From Acidimicrobiales bacterium (GTDB lineage Bacteria; Actinomycetota; Acidimicrobiia; Acidimicrobiales; BPGG01), in contig BPGG01000001.1 in the NCBI GenBank assembly GCA_026002915.1, positions 474,122 to 538,121 of the forward strand: a stretch of DNA of 64,000 nt, written 5' to 3'. A program made the translations under genes and the position numbers. Positions 9,480 through 19,455 of the stretch are shown here, piece by piece. Position 1 is the stretch's first letter. Every line of letters starts with the position of its first letter. Under the pieces are notes generated by a model, which saw only the letters and a program-made list of their open reading frames with translations, was not told the DNA's origin and made no database searches.

Positions 9480-10076
9480 GTGACACCAGGGCGTGTTGCC
9501 GCCGCTCCTGGCTGCGAGGCCGGAGAGCTCGTCGCCGCGGCCCGTGTGGTCGCACGCCTGGGACGCCACTTGGACGGCGCCTTGGCGGAGGTCGGCCTCA
9601 CGGCGGCCCAGTACCGTGCACTGCTGTTGCTGGCTCACGGGTCTTCTGTGCCCAGCAGGATCGCGGACCAGTTGGCCGTCGCTCGCCCGTCGGTCACCGC
9701 CCTGCTCGAGGGTCTGGTCGCACGGCGTCTGGTACACCGCCACCGAGATCCGGGAGACGGGCGCCGTATGCGCCACGAGTTGACATCAGAGGGGCGACAG
9801 ATCCTCCGAAGGGCGGACGAGGTGCTCTCGGCCCGCCTCTCCGGACTCCTCGACATGCTCCCGGCGAGTCGCCGAAGACAGGCTCTGCAGGGATTGGTCG
9901 CATGGGAACCTGCGCTGGATACCGCGCTGCTCCTGCGACTGCGCGAACTCGCCGACACAGAAGACGCGAACGACGGGACACGGGCGGCCGGATCGGTGGT
10001 GGGATCCCGGAACCGGCCCACGTCGGATCCTGCACATACGAGCACGTCCTCCACGAAGGCGGGCAGGGTTGGCTAG
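9480..10076 (+). CDS. MarR family transcriptional regulator
   Basis: Winged-helix pattern LTAAQYRALLLLAHGSSVPSRIADQLAVARPSVTALLEGLVARRLVHRHRDPGDGRR. GTG start. Confidence 0.85.
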   Translation: MTPGRVAAAPGCEAGELVAAARVVARLGRHLDGALAEVGLTAAQYRALLLLAHGSSVPSRIADQLAVARPSVTALLEGLVARRLVHRHRDPGDGRRMRHELTSEGRQILRRADEVLSARLSGLLDMLPASRRRQALQGLVAWEPALDTALLLRLRELADTEDANDGTRAAGSVVGSRNRPTSDPAHTSTSSTKAGRVG

Positions 10077-11988
10077 GCACACGGAGGGCGAAGAACCGCG
10101 GAGCCTCCGCGACTACGACGAGGAGTTCGAGCCCCTCGGCCTGAAGCCTCGTCGCCCACGTCCAGAAGTGCACATCGACCCCGACCCCTCGAAGGGGTGG
10201 TGGCGCCGGATCCTCCCGCTGGTGAAGGCTCACCGTTGGCTGTTGGCGACGTCCCTGGTCACCTCTTTGATCGCTCTGATGGCGAACGTCGCGGCTCCCG
10301 CCGTCGTGCAGGCGGCGATCGACCGGGCCCTCCTCCCACCACGAAGCTCACCGTTGACCCCGTTCGTGGTGACACTGGCCCTCCTGGCAGCAGCCCGTGC
10401 CGTCTTCGCCTTCGCTTACAGGTACGGTCTCTACCGCCTCGCCTACGAACTGGAGACGGACCTACGTTCGATCGTTTACCGGCACCTCACGCGCATGTCG
10501 TTCTCCTTCTTCGATCGCGCACAGACGGGCCAGCTCGTCTCCCGTGCCAACTCGGACATCCGGGCCATCCAGATGTTCCTCGCCTTCGGCCCCTTCATGT
10601 TCACCACCACACTGATGTTCCTCGTCGCCTTCGGCTACATGCTCTCGGTGCACGCGCCTCTGGCGATCCTCGCCGTCCTCCCCCTGCCGGGGGTGTATCT
10701 GGTGGGGCATCGTCTCAGAGACCGCATGTTCCCGCTGTCGTGGATAGTCCAAGGGCGTCTCGCCGAGGTCGCCACGGTCGTCGACGAGAACATCAACGGC
10801 GTGCGCGTCGTCAAGTCCTTCGCCGCGGAGGAACGCCAGATCCGGGCGTTGGCGAGAGCCGCGACGCGGCTGCGTTGGGCGGCGGTGCGCCAGATCGACG
10901 AGAGAGCGCGGCATGCGCCGTTGATGGAGAACCTGCCGCGACTTGGGATGGTGATAGTCCTCGGGTACGGCGGCTGGTTGACAATGAGGGGTGACATCCA
11001 GGTCGGAACGATCGTCGCGTTCAACGCCTACATCGCCATGCTCCAGGCTCCGTTCCGGCTGCTCGGCTTCTTCCTCATGATGGGACAGCGCGCCAAGGCC
11101 TCGGCCGAGCGGATCTACGAGATCCTCGACCAGCAACCCGAGATTCGCGACAGACCCGGAGCTCTGGTGCTGCGCCACCCCGAGGGAGCACTGCAGATGA
11201 AGTCGGTGGAGTTCGGTTACCGACCCGGGTCTCCGATCCTCACCGGCCTGGACATGGAGATCGAGCCGGGAGAGAAGGTCGCTCTCGTGGGTCGTACCGG
11301 GTGCGGAAAGTCCACGCTCGCCCGTCTCATCCCCCGCTTCTACGACGTCTGGTCCGGCTCCGTCCTCTTCGACGGGACCGACGTCCGTGACATCACACAG
11401 ACCTCGCTCAGGGCGGCCGTCTGCATGGTCGGCGACGAACCGTTCCTCTTCTCGGCCACGGTTCGAGACAACATCGCCTTCCCTAGGCCGGACGCACCCA
11501 TGGAGGAGATCGTCGAGGCTGCCCGTATAGCGGGAGCACACGAATTCATCTCCGAGCTCCCGCACGGATACGACACAGTCGTGGGCGAACGCGGATACAC
11601 CCTCTCGGGCGGTCAGCGCCAACGGGTGGCACTCGCAAGGGCCATCCTGGCCCGGCCGAAGCTACTCGTCCTGGACGATGCGACGTCGGCCGTCGACGTC
11701 CGCATAGAGGAGCAGATCCTCGCCGCACTCGCAGAGCGGCTGGAGTCGTGCACCACCCTCGTCATATCCCACAGGATCTCCACCGTCTCGTTGGCCGACC
11801 GCGTGCTACTCCTCGACGACGGCAGGATCGTCGCCGAGGGCTCCCACAGTCACCTGCTACGAGCCGAGCCGACGTATCGCGAGATCTTGGTACGTCCGGA
11901 AGGCTCCGAAGGGACCGGAGCGGCTGCCGCGAGGCGAGGAGAGATTCTGGTGCGGCCCGAGCTGCCGGGCCGGGAGGTCGCGATCTGA
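10069..11988 (+). CDS. ABC exporter, fused permease/ATP-binding subunit (heterodimer partner 1)
   Basis: Six-TM exporter domain followed by Walker A GRTGCGKST, signature LSGGQRQR and Walker B LLVLDDATS. TTG start overlaps the marR stop by 8 nt. Confidence 0.9.
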   Translation: MARHTEGEEPRSLRDYDEEFEPLGLKPRRPRPEVHIDPDPSKGWWRRILPLVKAHRWLLATSLVTSLIALMANVAAPAVVQAAIDRALLPPRSSPLTPFVVTLALLAAARAVFAFAYRYGLYRLAYELETDLRSIVYRHLTRMSFSFFDRAQTGQLVSRANSDIRAIQMFLAFGPFMFTTTLMFLVAFGYMLSVHAPLAILAVLPLPGVYLVGHRLRDRMFPLSWIVQGRLAEVATVVDENINGVRVVKSFAAEERQIRALARAATRLRWAAVRQIDERARHAPLMENLPRLGMVIVLGYGGWLTMRGDIQVGTIVAFNAYIAMLQAPFRLLGFFLMMGQRAKASAERIYEILDQQPEIRDRPGALVLRHPEGALQMKSVEFGYRPGSPILTGLDMEIEPGEKVALVGRTGCGKSTLARLIPRFYDVWSGSVLFDGTDVRDITQTSLRAAVCMVGDEPFLFSATVRDNIAFPRPDAPMEEIVEAARIAGAHEFISELPHGYDTVVGERGYTLSGGQRQRVALARAILARPKLLVLDDATSAVDVRIEEQILAALAERLESCTTLVISHRISTVSLADRVLLLDDGRIVAEGSHSHLLRAEPTYREILVRPEGSEGTGAAAARRGEILVRPELPGREVAI

Positions 11989-13901
11989 TGTCGATGTGGG
12001 GCCCCCCACCGGGTTCACCTTTCGCGGGTCCGACCGCAGCGGCGCAGGCGGCCTCGGCGGGTCTCCCGTTCGCCGGAGTTCCGCCCGAACTGGCCGATCG
12101 GGTCGAGCGGATCCTCGCGTCAGAGCCGGAGCATCCCGTTCCGGAGGTGCATTTCTCACACGCCGACTGGGATCGCAGGCCGCTCAACCTGAGAGCCCTC
12201 GTCGGCGACCACTTCGTGGGGTACCTGGTCGCGATGGTCCTGGTGGTCCTCGAGACGGTGACGCTATTGGCCGGACCGGTCTTCGTGCAGGTGGGCGTGG
12301 ACCGGGGCATCGTCGCGCGCGACCCGGACGTGCTCGTAAAGGCCGCCGCCGCATACATAGCGTCGGTGGTGGCGAACGCACTCCTGTCCGGGGCGCGAGT
12401 GTCCTGGACGGGGCGACTGGGCGAGCAGATGATGTACGAGCTACGCGTCCGGGTGTTCTCCCATCTGCAGCGCCTCTCCTTGGACTTCTTCACGTCCGAG
12501 CGTGCGGGGCGACTGATGACACGAATGACCTCCGACATCGAGGCCCTGACTCAACTTCTGCAGGACGGGCTGGTGAACATGGCCGTCCAGGCACTGACGC
12601 TGGTGATCGTCGTCGCCGTTCTCGCTTCGACGGACCTCACTCTGACGGTCGTCTTGGTCGTCGCGCTGGTTCCGACCATGACAGTCTTCACTCTCTGGTT
12701 CCGGCGGGCCTCCGACGAGGGATACAGGAGGGTGCGGGACCGCATAGCCGACGTGCTCGCCGACCTACAAGAGACCCTCGCGGGAATCAGGCTGATCATC
12801 GCCCACAATCGGCGGCGCCACAACGTCGCGCAGCATCAAGAGATACTCGGGGAACATCTCGAGGCGAACCTCTACACGGCCCGGGTCGGAGCCATATACG
12901 GCCCGGGCACCGAGGCGCTGGGGACCCTGGGACAGGCCCTCGTCCTCGTGGTCGGTGGCAATCTGGTGTTGGACGGGCGGCTCACCATCGGGCAGCTGGC
13001 GTTGTTCATCCTCTACCTCACCTACTTCTTCGCGCCCATCCAGCAGCTGGTCCAGCTCTACAACAGCTATCAGCAGGGCCAGGCGGCCGTGAGGAAGCTG
13101 AAGGACCTCTTGGCGACCGAACCGACGGTGCGGGAGCGGCCGTCTGCCAAGCGGTTACCCCGGATCTCCGGTGAGATCCGTTTCGAACGGGTGACCTTCG
13201 GGTACGAACCCGGCAGGCCCGTGTTGCGCGAAGTGGACCTCCGAATCGAGCCGGGCGAGACGTTCGCCTTGGTGGGGCCTACGGGGGCGGGGAAGTCCAC
13301 GATCGCGAAGCTCGTTGTTCGCTTCTACGATCCCTGGGACGGACGGGTGTCGGTCGACGGCCACGACCTACGTGCCGTGACGATCCAATCTCTTCGCAGT
13401 CAGGTGGGGAACGTCCCCCAGGAACCCTTCCTCTTCCACGGGACGATCCGCGACAACGTCGCATTCGCCAGGCCCGACGCATCCGACGACGAGGTGGTGG
13501 CAGCCTGCGAGGCGGTGGGTCTTGCCGACCTGCTCGCTCGGCTCCCCGAAGGACTGGACACACCCGTGCACGAACGGGGGGTCTCCCTCTCGTCCGGCGA
13601 GCGACAACTTCTGGCACTCGCGCGCGTCTTCCTCGCACGTCCGAGGGTGCTCGTACTCGACGAGGCGACGTCGTCCTTGGACCTCGATTCGGAGCGTCTC
13701 GTCGAGTCCGCTGTGAAGCGACTGCTCAGCGGAAGGACCGCGGTGGTGATAGCGCATCGACTCTCCACTGCGATGCGTGCCGACCGAATCGCCGTGGTGG
13801 AAGACGGGCGGATCAGCGAGATCGGCACGCACGACCAGCTCGTCGCCGCTGGAGGAACGTACGCCGAGCTGATCAGGACCTGGCACGCTTCGACCCGATG
13901 A
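11988..13901 (+). CDS. ABC exporter, fused permease/ATP-binding subunit (heterodimer partner 2)
   Basis: Start taken at ATG 11988, which overlaps the upstream TGA (TGATG). Walker A GPTGAGKST, signature LSSGERQ, Walker B VLVLDEATS. Confidence 0.9.
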   Translation: MSMWGPPPGSPFAGPTAAAQAASAGLPFAGVPPELADRVERILASEPEHPVPEVHFSHADWDRRPLNLRALVGDHFVGYLVAMVLVVLETVTLLAGPVFVQVGVDRGIVARDPDVLVKAAAAYIASVVANALLSGARVSWTGRLGEQMMYELRVRVFSHLQRLSLDFFTSERAGRLMTRMTSDIEALTQLLQDGLVNMAVQALTLVIVVAVLASTDLTLTVVLVVALVPTMTVFTLWFRRASDEGYRRVRDRIADVLADLQETLAGIRLIIAHNRRRHNVAQHQEILGEHLEANLYTARVGAIYGPGTEALGTLGQALVLVVGGNLVLDGRLTIGQLALFILYLTYFFAPIQQLVQLYNSYQQGQAAVRKLKDLLATEPTVRERPSAKRLPRISGEIRFERVTFGYEPGRPVLREVDLRIEPGETFALVGPTGAGKSTIAKLVVRFYDPWDGRVSVDGHDLRAVTIQSLRSQVGNVPQEPFLFHGTIRDNVAFARPDASDDEVVAACEAVGLADLLARLPEGLDTPVHERGVSLSSGERQLLALARVFLARPRVLVLDEATSSLDLDSERLVESAVKRLLSGRTAVVIAHRLSTAMRADRIAVVEDGRISEIGTHDQLVAAGGTYAELIRTWHASTR

Positions 13902-14617
13902 CCACCACAGACCTGCTCGTCGCGTCGCTGGTGATGGTCCTCGCCGCTGCATTGCAGTCGGCAGCCGGCTTCGGCTCCAACCTCGTGGCCGCGCCGTTGC
14001 TCATGTGGCTGGATTCGTCGCTGGTGCCCGGCCCGTTGGTGGCGACCGGCACCATGCTGGTGCTGCTGATGTCCTCGCGTGAAAGGGACGGGGCTCGACT
14101 CACCGAGCTGTCTTGGGCATGGCTCGGAAGGCTCCCGGGCACGGTGCTCGGCGCCGCCGCCCTCGCCGCCGTGCCTCAGCGTGACCTCCGGCTCTTCCTC
14201 GGTTGTGTGATGCTGCTCGCCGTCGTCGTAGCAGCGTTCCCCACAGAGTTGCGGATAACCAAGGGGACGCTCTTCTCGGCCGCTCTGGTCTCCGGTTTCA
14301 TGGCCACCACGGTGTCGATAGGGGGCCCACCATTCGCCTTGCTGTTCCGCGACGCCGAGGGACCCTACCTGCGTGGGACGCTCTCGCGGTTCTTCGCCGC
14401 GACGAGCTTCCTCTCCCTGGTGGCGCTCGCATGGTCCGGACACTTCGGAGCGGAGGAAGTGCGATGGTCGCTGGCTCTCGCCCCGTCTGTCGTCGTGGGC
14501 TTCTTGGTCGGTGGCCGCCTCCGGTCGCTGGTCGACGAAGGCAGGACGCGAGCCACGGTGCTCGGCATCTCCGCCGCGTCTGCTGCGACTGCGATAGTCA
14601 CGGCCCTCGCCCGGTGA
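13898..14617 (+). CDS. TauE/SafE (DUF81) family anion-exporter-like membrane protein
   Basis: 239-aa polytopic protein with AAGFGSNLVAAPLL and a repeated half. ATGA overlap with the upstream ABC gene. Confidence 0.7.
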   Translation: MTTTDLLVASLVMVLAAALQSAAGFGSNLVAAPLLMWLDSSLVPGPLVATGTMLVLLMSSRERDGARLTELSWAWLGRLPGTVLGAAALAAVPQRDLRLFLGCVMLLAVVVAAFPTELRITKGTLFSAALVSGFMATTVSIGGPPFALLFRDAEGPYLRGTLSRFFAATSFLSLVALAWSGHFGAEEVRWSLALAPSVVVGFLVGGRLRSLVDEGRTRATVLGISAASAATAIVTALAR

Positions 14618-14735
14618 CACACCCGCGCGAGGCGGCCCCGGCGGGAACTTCGCCGAGCAGGCGCCCGGCGACGACGCCGAGTCCACCTGAGCCGAGGCCT
14701 AGGAAGATCCGCCACGCGACGACCCGTCGACGCCC

Positions 14736-15167
14736 TCAGCGACCCTCTGCGAGCGCCGCGAGTCGGGGCTTCGCCCTCGATATGGAGGCGGCCAGAATGC
14801 GCGTGAGAACAGGCGAAGGCATCATCCCCCCGTAGTACAGCTCCACGTTCAGCCTGCACCCGTCCGAGGTGGGGACGACCTCGGCGCTCAGAGTCCACGC
14901 GGAGTGCCGGCGCCCGTCGAGTTCCTCGCGTTCGAACCTCACCTCGTGGGGCGGGCGATGGACGGTACGCACCATACGCAGACGCTTGGAGCGCCGGATC
15001 GGGCCGATCGTCGCGGACAGTTCGACGAACCAGGCATCCTCCCGTTCCGGGTCGGGTCCGACGTCGGCCACCAGGTCCGTCCATGCAGGGTACCGACTCA
15101 GGTCTTCGATCAATGCGAAAAGGGCTCTCGGCTCACAGCGGACCAGGAGGCTGTCTCGGACCCGCAT
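14736..15167 (-). CDS. SRPBCC (polyketide cyclase/dehydrase-like) family protein
   Basis: About 143 aa from the internal Met (MRVRDSLLVRCEPRALFALIEDLSRYPAWTDLV), a typical SRPBCC N-terminus. The longer ORF would run into the upstream gene. Confidence 0.6.
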   Translation of the reverse strand: MRVRDSLLVRCEPRALFALIEDLSRYPAWTDLVADVGPDPEREDAWFVELSATIGPIRRSKRLRMVRTVHRPPHEVRFEREELDGRRHSAWTLSAEVVPTSDGCRLNVELYYGGMMPSPVLTRILAASISRAKPRLAALAEGR

Positions 15168-15207
15168 CCCCGTCAGACCTCTGTGAGCCGGTTTTCGGAG
15201 ACCGTCC

Positions 15208-16443
15208 TCACCGCGCCGCCAGCAGATCACGCGCGATGTGCGTGATCTGGATCTCGTCCGTCCCGGCGTAGATCTGCAGCACCTTCGCGTCCCGCGCGAG
15301 TTGCTCGACCCGGAACTCCGCCATGTAGCCGTTCCCTCCGTGCAGCTGTACCGCCTCCATGGCCACCTCCACGGCTGCCCGCGCCGCGTACAGCTTCATT
15401 GCCGAGGCCTCGGCCAACGACAGCGACTTCCCGGCCTCCGACATCTCTATGAACCTGAACACGAGGTTCTCGACGTTCAGGCGAGCCACCTCCATCCGCG
15501 CGAGCTTCTCCTGGATGAGCTGGAACTCTCCGATCGGGCGCCCGAACTGCACACGGTTGCGTGCGTACTCGACCGACAGTTCGAGACAGCGCTCGATGAT
15601 CCCGAGAGCCATGGCAGCCACCCCGCTCCGCTCCATGGAGAAGGTCTGCTTCGCCGCGTCACGGCCTCCTCCCGGATGATCCTCAGTCTCGCCCAATAGG
15701 CGGTCGCGCCCGCAGCGGACGTCGTCCAGGAAAAGCTCTCCCGTGGGGGAGGAATGCAGGCCCATCTTCCGCAACGGCGGTGACTGTTCGAGGCCCGGCA
15801 TGCCCTTGTCGAGGACGAAGTGCAGGATCTTCCTCTCTTCCGGTGGGTTGCCCTCGTCCAGCTTGCATATGAAGACGATCGTGTCGGCATACGGCCCGTT
15901 CGTGATGAACGTCTTCGATCCCCTGAGGATGTAGTCGTCTCCGTCCCGTACGGCGGTGGACTTCATCGACCCGAACGCGTCCGATCCCGAGTCGGGCTCG
16001 GTGATCGCCCAGGCGCCGATCTTCTCCATCGTGAGCAGATCCGGGACCCACCGCTCCTTCTGGGCCCTGGTCCCACGAGCCATGATCGCCGCGGGGGTGA
16101 GGCCCATCGACACGCCCATGGCCGTGACCATCCCCGGACAGTACCGACACAGTTCGATGATCGGGATCATCTGGAGCGCGACACCTCGCCTCCCGCCGAC
16201 TTCCAACGGGTCCTCGTCCCCGGACGCTGCCGCTCCCCCTCCTGCCTCTTCTCTCTCCATCCTCCGACGGAAGCTCTCCCTCGCGAGGGTGTCGATACCG
16301 AAGGTGCGGAGCATCTTCCGCAGCACGTCGTAGGGCGGCCGACCCTCGTGCTCGTACTCGTCGATGTGCGGCACGATCTCCGCCTCTATGAACTGGCGTA
16401 CGGCGGAGCGAAGCATCTTCTGTTCTTCAGACCACTCGAACAT
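15208..16443 (-). CDS. acyl-CoA dehydrogenase
   Basis: 411 aa. N-terminus FEWSEEQKMLRSAVRQFIEAEI, mid-region WAITEPDSGSDA, C-terminal QLHGGNGYMAEFRVEQLARDAKVLQIYAGTDEIQ. Confidence 0.9.
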   Translation of the reverse strand: MFEWSEEQKMLRSAVRQFIEAEIVPHIDEYEHEGRPPYDVLRKMLRTFGIDTLARESFRRRMEREEAGGGAAASGDEDPLEVGGRRGVALQMIPIIELCRYCPGMVTAMGVSMGLTPAAIMARGTRAQKERWVPDLLTMEKIGAWAITEPDSGSDAFGSMKSTAVRDGDDYILRGSKTFITNGPYADTIVFICKLDEGNPPEERKILHFVLDKGMPGLEQSPPLRKMGLHSSPTGELFLDDVRCGRDRLLGETEDHPGGGRDAAKQTFSMERSGVAAMALGIIERCLELSVEYARNRVQFGRPIGEFQLIQEKLARMEVARLNVENLVFRFIEMSEAGKSLSLAEASAMKLYAARAAVEVAMEAVQLHGGNGYMAEFRVEQLARDAKVLQIYAGTDEIQITHIARDLLAAR

Positions 16444-16704
16444 CGATCCCCCTCCCTCTCTCTCCTGGACAGGTGCCCCCTATACCAGAAGCTCCTCCGT
16501 GCGACGTCCCGGCGGTTCCCTCCGCCGGCCCGGCACTGCCCACCATACGAGCGCTCCCCCATCGCGCCGAAACCGGCGCGTACCTGCCCGACAGATCACA
16601 TCCGGCGCGTTGCGGCACTCCCGCGCCTCCCATGCGTAGCCTTGTGCCCACTGCGATGGACGCACCGACGACACTACGGCGAGCGCGCTGACGCTTCGGC
16701 ACGG

Positions 16705-19455
16705 ATGACCGTTCTGACCACATCGCGGCCGACCACGGGACTTTCGGATCGTCCCACGGACACACCGCGCCAAGGGGGACGTGTCACCCACTGGCCGGCC
16801 CTCGACGGTCTTCGCGGACTGGCGGTACTCGGGGTGTTGGCGTTCCACGCGGGCTTCGACTGGGCACGCGGCGGCTTCCTCGGTGTGTCCACCTTCTTCA
16901 CGCTCTCGGGTTTCCTGATCACCTCCATCCTGTTGGCCGAGCGGCGGGCGAGCGGTCGGCTGGACCTCCGACGCTTCTGGGAGAGACGAGCGCGCAGGCT
17001 CTTGCCCGCTGCGATCGCAGGCGTCATACTCGCTGCCGCCGTCACCCTTCTCGTGGGAGAGCCAGGTCCGATCGCGCAGCTGCCGGGTGACGTCCTCTCC
17101 ACCTTGGGCCAGGTCGCCAACTGGCGCTTCCTCCTGACCGACCGTGCGTATGCGGACCTGTTCTCGCAACCCTCGGCTCTGCTGCACTACTGGAGCCTCT
17201 CCATCGAGGAGCAGTTCTACGTCTTCTTCCCTCTGGTCGTGTCGGTGGCGGTCGGCCGATACGGCTCGGAGACGGGGAGGCGACGGACGGGGGAGCTCCC
17301 GCTGGCCATGGTGTGCGCCGCTCTCTTCGCAGCTTCCGCAGGACTGGCCTCGTCGGGACGCTTGGGCGCCTCGCACCTGTACTACGGCACCGAGACGAGG
17401 ATCGGCGAACTGATGGCCGGCGCGTTCCTCGCAGCCGTCCTCGGGGACCAGGCCGGTCGTCGCCGCCTTCACCCAAACGCGTTCGCGACGACGGTCGCCT
17501 CGATCGCTCTCTTGGCTTGCCTGTCTGCATGGGTGTTGGTCGACCGCGACTCGGAGGTGCTGCTCTCCGGCGGGTTGCACGTCTACGCCCTCGGTTCCGC
17601 ACTCGTGCTGGTCGGCTGCATGACCCCGGGCCCGCTCTCGAGACTGCTGGAAGCGCGTCCGCTGCGAGCCCTCGGCCGGATCAGCTACGGCGTGTACGTC
17701 TACCACTGGCCCCTGATGGTGGCCCTCAGAGCCCGCTTCCCAGGTATCGATCCGCTGCCCCTGTTCACCACCGCAACCGTCGCGTCCCTCGTTCTCGCGT
17801 CTCTTTCCTGGCGTGTCCTCGAGCGGCCGATCCTCGAAGGCCGTACGACCCGGCGCGTGAACCTCGCCGCCGCAGTCGGCGGCCTGGTCGCCGTCGCAGT
17901 CCTCGTCGGAGTGGCCGGCTCGGCCCGGCCGCAACGCACCATCGACCTCGAGGCGGCCCGCCGCAGACTGGCCCAATTACAGGCGACACGTCCCACGAAG
18001 CCGAGTGGTGAGGTCGCGGCACCCTCCGATGCGCAGACACGTCTCCCGCCTCCGCCACCGAGTGCACCCAAGCCCGCCATCGGGGTCTTCGGCGACTCGA
18101 CCGCCCTGATGACCGGCCTGGGCCTGAACTTCTGGATGCACGAGACCGGGCTGGCGACACCGGCCCCAGGCTTCTCCGACCTCGGCTGTGGGCTTCTCCC
18201 GGAGATGGAGCGCGACATCCTCGACGGCCCTTCCCTTGCTCCGGAGCCATGCCTCAGATGGAGGGAAGGTTGGCAGACGGCGGTTTCGGCAGAGCCCGAT
18301 CTCGCGGTGGTGCAAGTGGGAGCCTGGGAGATCACCGACCAGCGCATGCCCGGAGAGAAGACCTGGCGGGCCCCGGGAGACCCCACCTACGACGAGCTCC
18401 TCCTGAGGCGCATGAACGAGGCGGCCGAACTCCTCCTCGAACACGCACGAGAAGTGGTTTGGATCCTGCAACCTCCACCAGGGCTCGGAGCGGACGGCTT
18501 GGAGGCGCGCAGGAGAGGACGCGCCGCCGACCCCGCCCGAACCCACAGGGTCCATCAGCTCATGCGCGAGGTCGCTCGCATGCACCCCGGGGACGTGCAC
18601 GTGCTGGACCTGGCAAGTTGGATCGCCTCGACGGGGGAAGACCGACGGCTCCGCCCCGACGGCGTCCACTTCTCCGAACAGACCGCTCTCGAGGTCGCGC
18701 GGAGGTGGCTGGGACCCAGGCTCCTCGAGCTGCACGAGCGGGAGTGGATCGCCCGCTGGAAGCGCGAGAACGGGCCCCCGAAGATGCCCCGGCGCCTCAG
18801 GGTGCTCGTCGCGGGAGACGCACCCGCCACACGCCTGGCCGTCGCCCTCGACTCGGCACGACGCGGTGGAGCTGCCATCGAGCTCGCCGCGGTCACCGAC
18901 CTCGCTTGTCCGCCGACCCCCTCCGAGGTTCCGGCGACAGGCACGCCTTCTGCTGCATTGGATGAGGCGAGCGGCTCCTGCCCCGACTGGCGGCGGCGCC
19001 TCCCGTCTGATGCGACCGCATTCGCCCCTCACGTGGTCGTCCTCGCGCTCGACGACGACACTGGGACAGCAGGGTCGTCTCCAACTAAGCGGAGCACGTC
19101 CGGCGCGGGGGTCGAAGCGCTCCTCGATTCGCTACGGCAGGCCGGTGCGCTCGTGGTGCTGGTGTCCCCCGGCGAAGCGGAGGCAGCTGCCCTGCGTGCA
19201 CGCCTCGAGGGGATGCGACCGGAGGACTCCGTCGAGCCCGGCAGCGCGGGAGGGCAGTTCCCGCAGTCGGGAAGGCGGTTCGTCGTTCTCTCAGCCGACA
19301 GCTTGGGCACGACACCGGAGAGCGACCCGTTCGACTCAACCGAGCCGACGGAAGACGCCAGCCGAGACCTGGGACTGCGCCTCGCGACATGGCTCGCCTC
19401 GACATACGAGGAAGTCCTCGAAGCCGAGTGGAGACGGCCTCCACGAGCGCAATGA
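16705..19455 (+). CDS. acyltransferase family 3 (OafA/YrhL-like) membrane O-acyltransferase fused to SGNH/GDSL-like domain(s)
   Basis: From ATG 16705: HWPALDGLRGLAVLGVLAFHAGF and about 10 TM segments. These are followed by GVFGDSTALMTG (block I GDS) and RPDGVHFS (block V DxxH). The upstream 885 nt of the 1211-aa ORF overlap the divergent promoter region and are Arg/Pro-rich. Confidence 0.8.
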   Translation: MTVLTTSRPTTGLSDRPTDTPRQGGRVTHWPALDGLRGLAVLGVLAFHAGFDWARGGFLGVSTFFTLSGFLITSILLAERRASGRLDLRRFWERRARRLLPAAIAGVILAAAVTLLVGEPGPIAQLPGDVLSTLGQVANWRFLLTDRAYADLFSQPSALLHYWSLSIEEQFYVFFPLVVSVAVGRYGSETGRRRTGELPLAMVCAALFAASAGLASSGRLGASHLYYGTETRIGELMAGAFLAAVLGDQAGRRRLHPNAFATTVASIALLACLSAWVLVDRDSEVLLSGGLHVYALGSALVLVGCMTPGPLSRLLEARPLRALGRISYGVYVYHWPLMVALRARFPGIDPLPLFTTATVASLVLASLSWRVLERPILEGRTTRRVNLAAAVGGLVAVAVLVGVAGSARPQRTIDLEAARRRLAQLQATRPTKPSGEVAAPSDAQTRLPPPPPSAPKPAIGVFGDSTALMTGLGLNFWMHETGLATPAPGFSDLGCGLLPEMERDILDGPSLAPEPCLRWREGWQTAVSAEPDLAVVQVGAWEITDQRMPGEKTWRAPGDPTYDELLLRRMNEAAELLLEHAREVVWILQPPPGLGADGLEARRRGRAADPARTHRVHQLMREVARMHPGDVHVLDLASWIASTGEDRRLRPDGVHFSEQTALEVARRWLGPRLLELHEREWIARWKRENGPPKMPRRLRVLVAGDAPATRLAVALDSARRGGAAIELAAVTDLACPPTPSEVPATGTPSAALDEASGSCPDWRRRLPSDATAFAPHVVVLALDDDTGTAGSSPTKRSTSGAGVEALLDSLRQAGALVVLVSPGEAEAAALRARLEGMRPEDSVEPGSAGGQFPQSGRRFVVLSADSLGTTPESDPFDSTEPTEDASRDLGLRLATWLASTYEEVLEAEWRRPPRAQ

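Noticed and set aside
15820-16704. N-terminal 295 codons of the 1211-aa ORF preceding the acyltransferase
   Set aside because: This part is antisense to the acyl-CoA dehydrogenase gene and then crosses the intergenic region. Its translation is Arg/Pro/His-rich. Recognisable AT3 sequence begins only after ATG 16705.
16480-19032. Long minus-strand ORFs (16480-17976, 17977-19032 and others) antisense to the acyltransferase gene
   Set aside because: No motifs and extreme Arg/Gly/Pro content. The plus-strand gene has clear AT3 and SGNH motifs.
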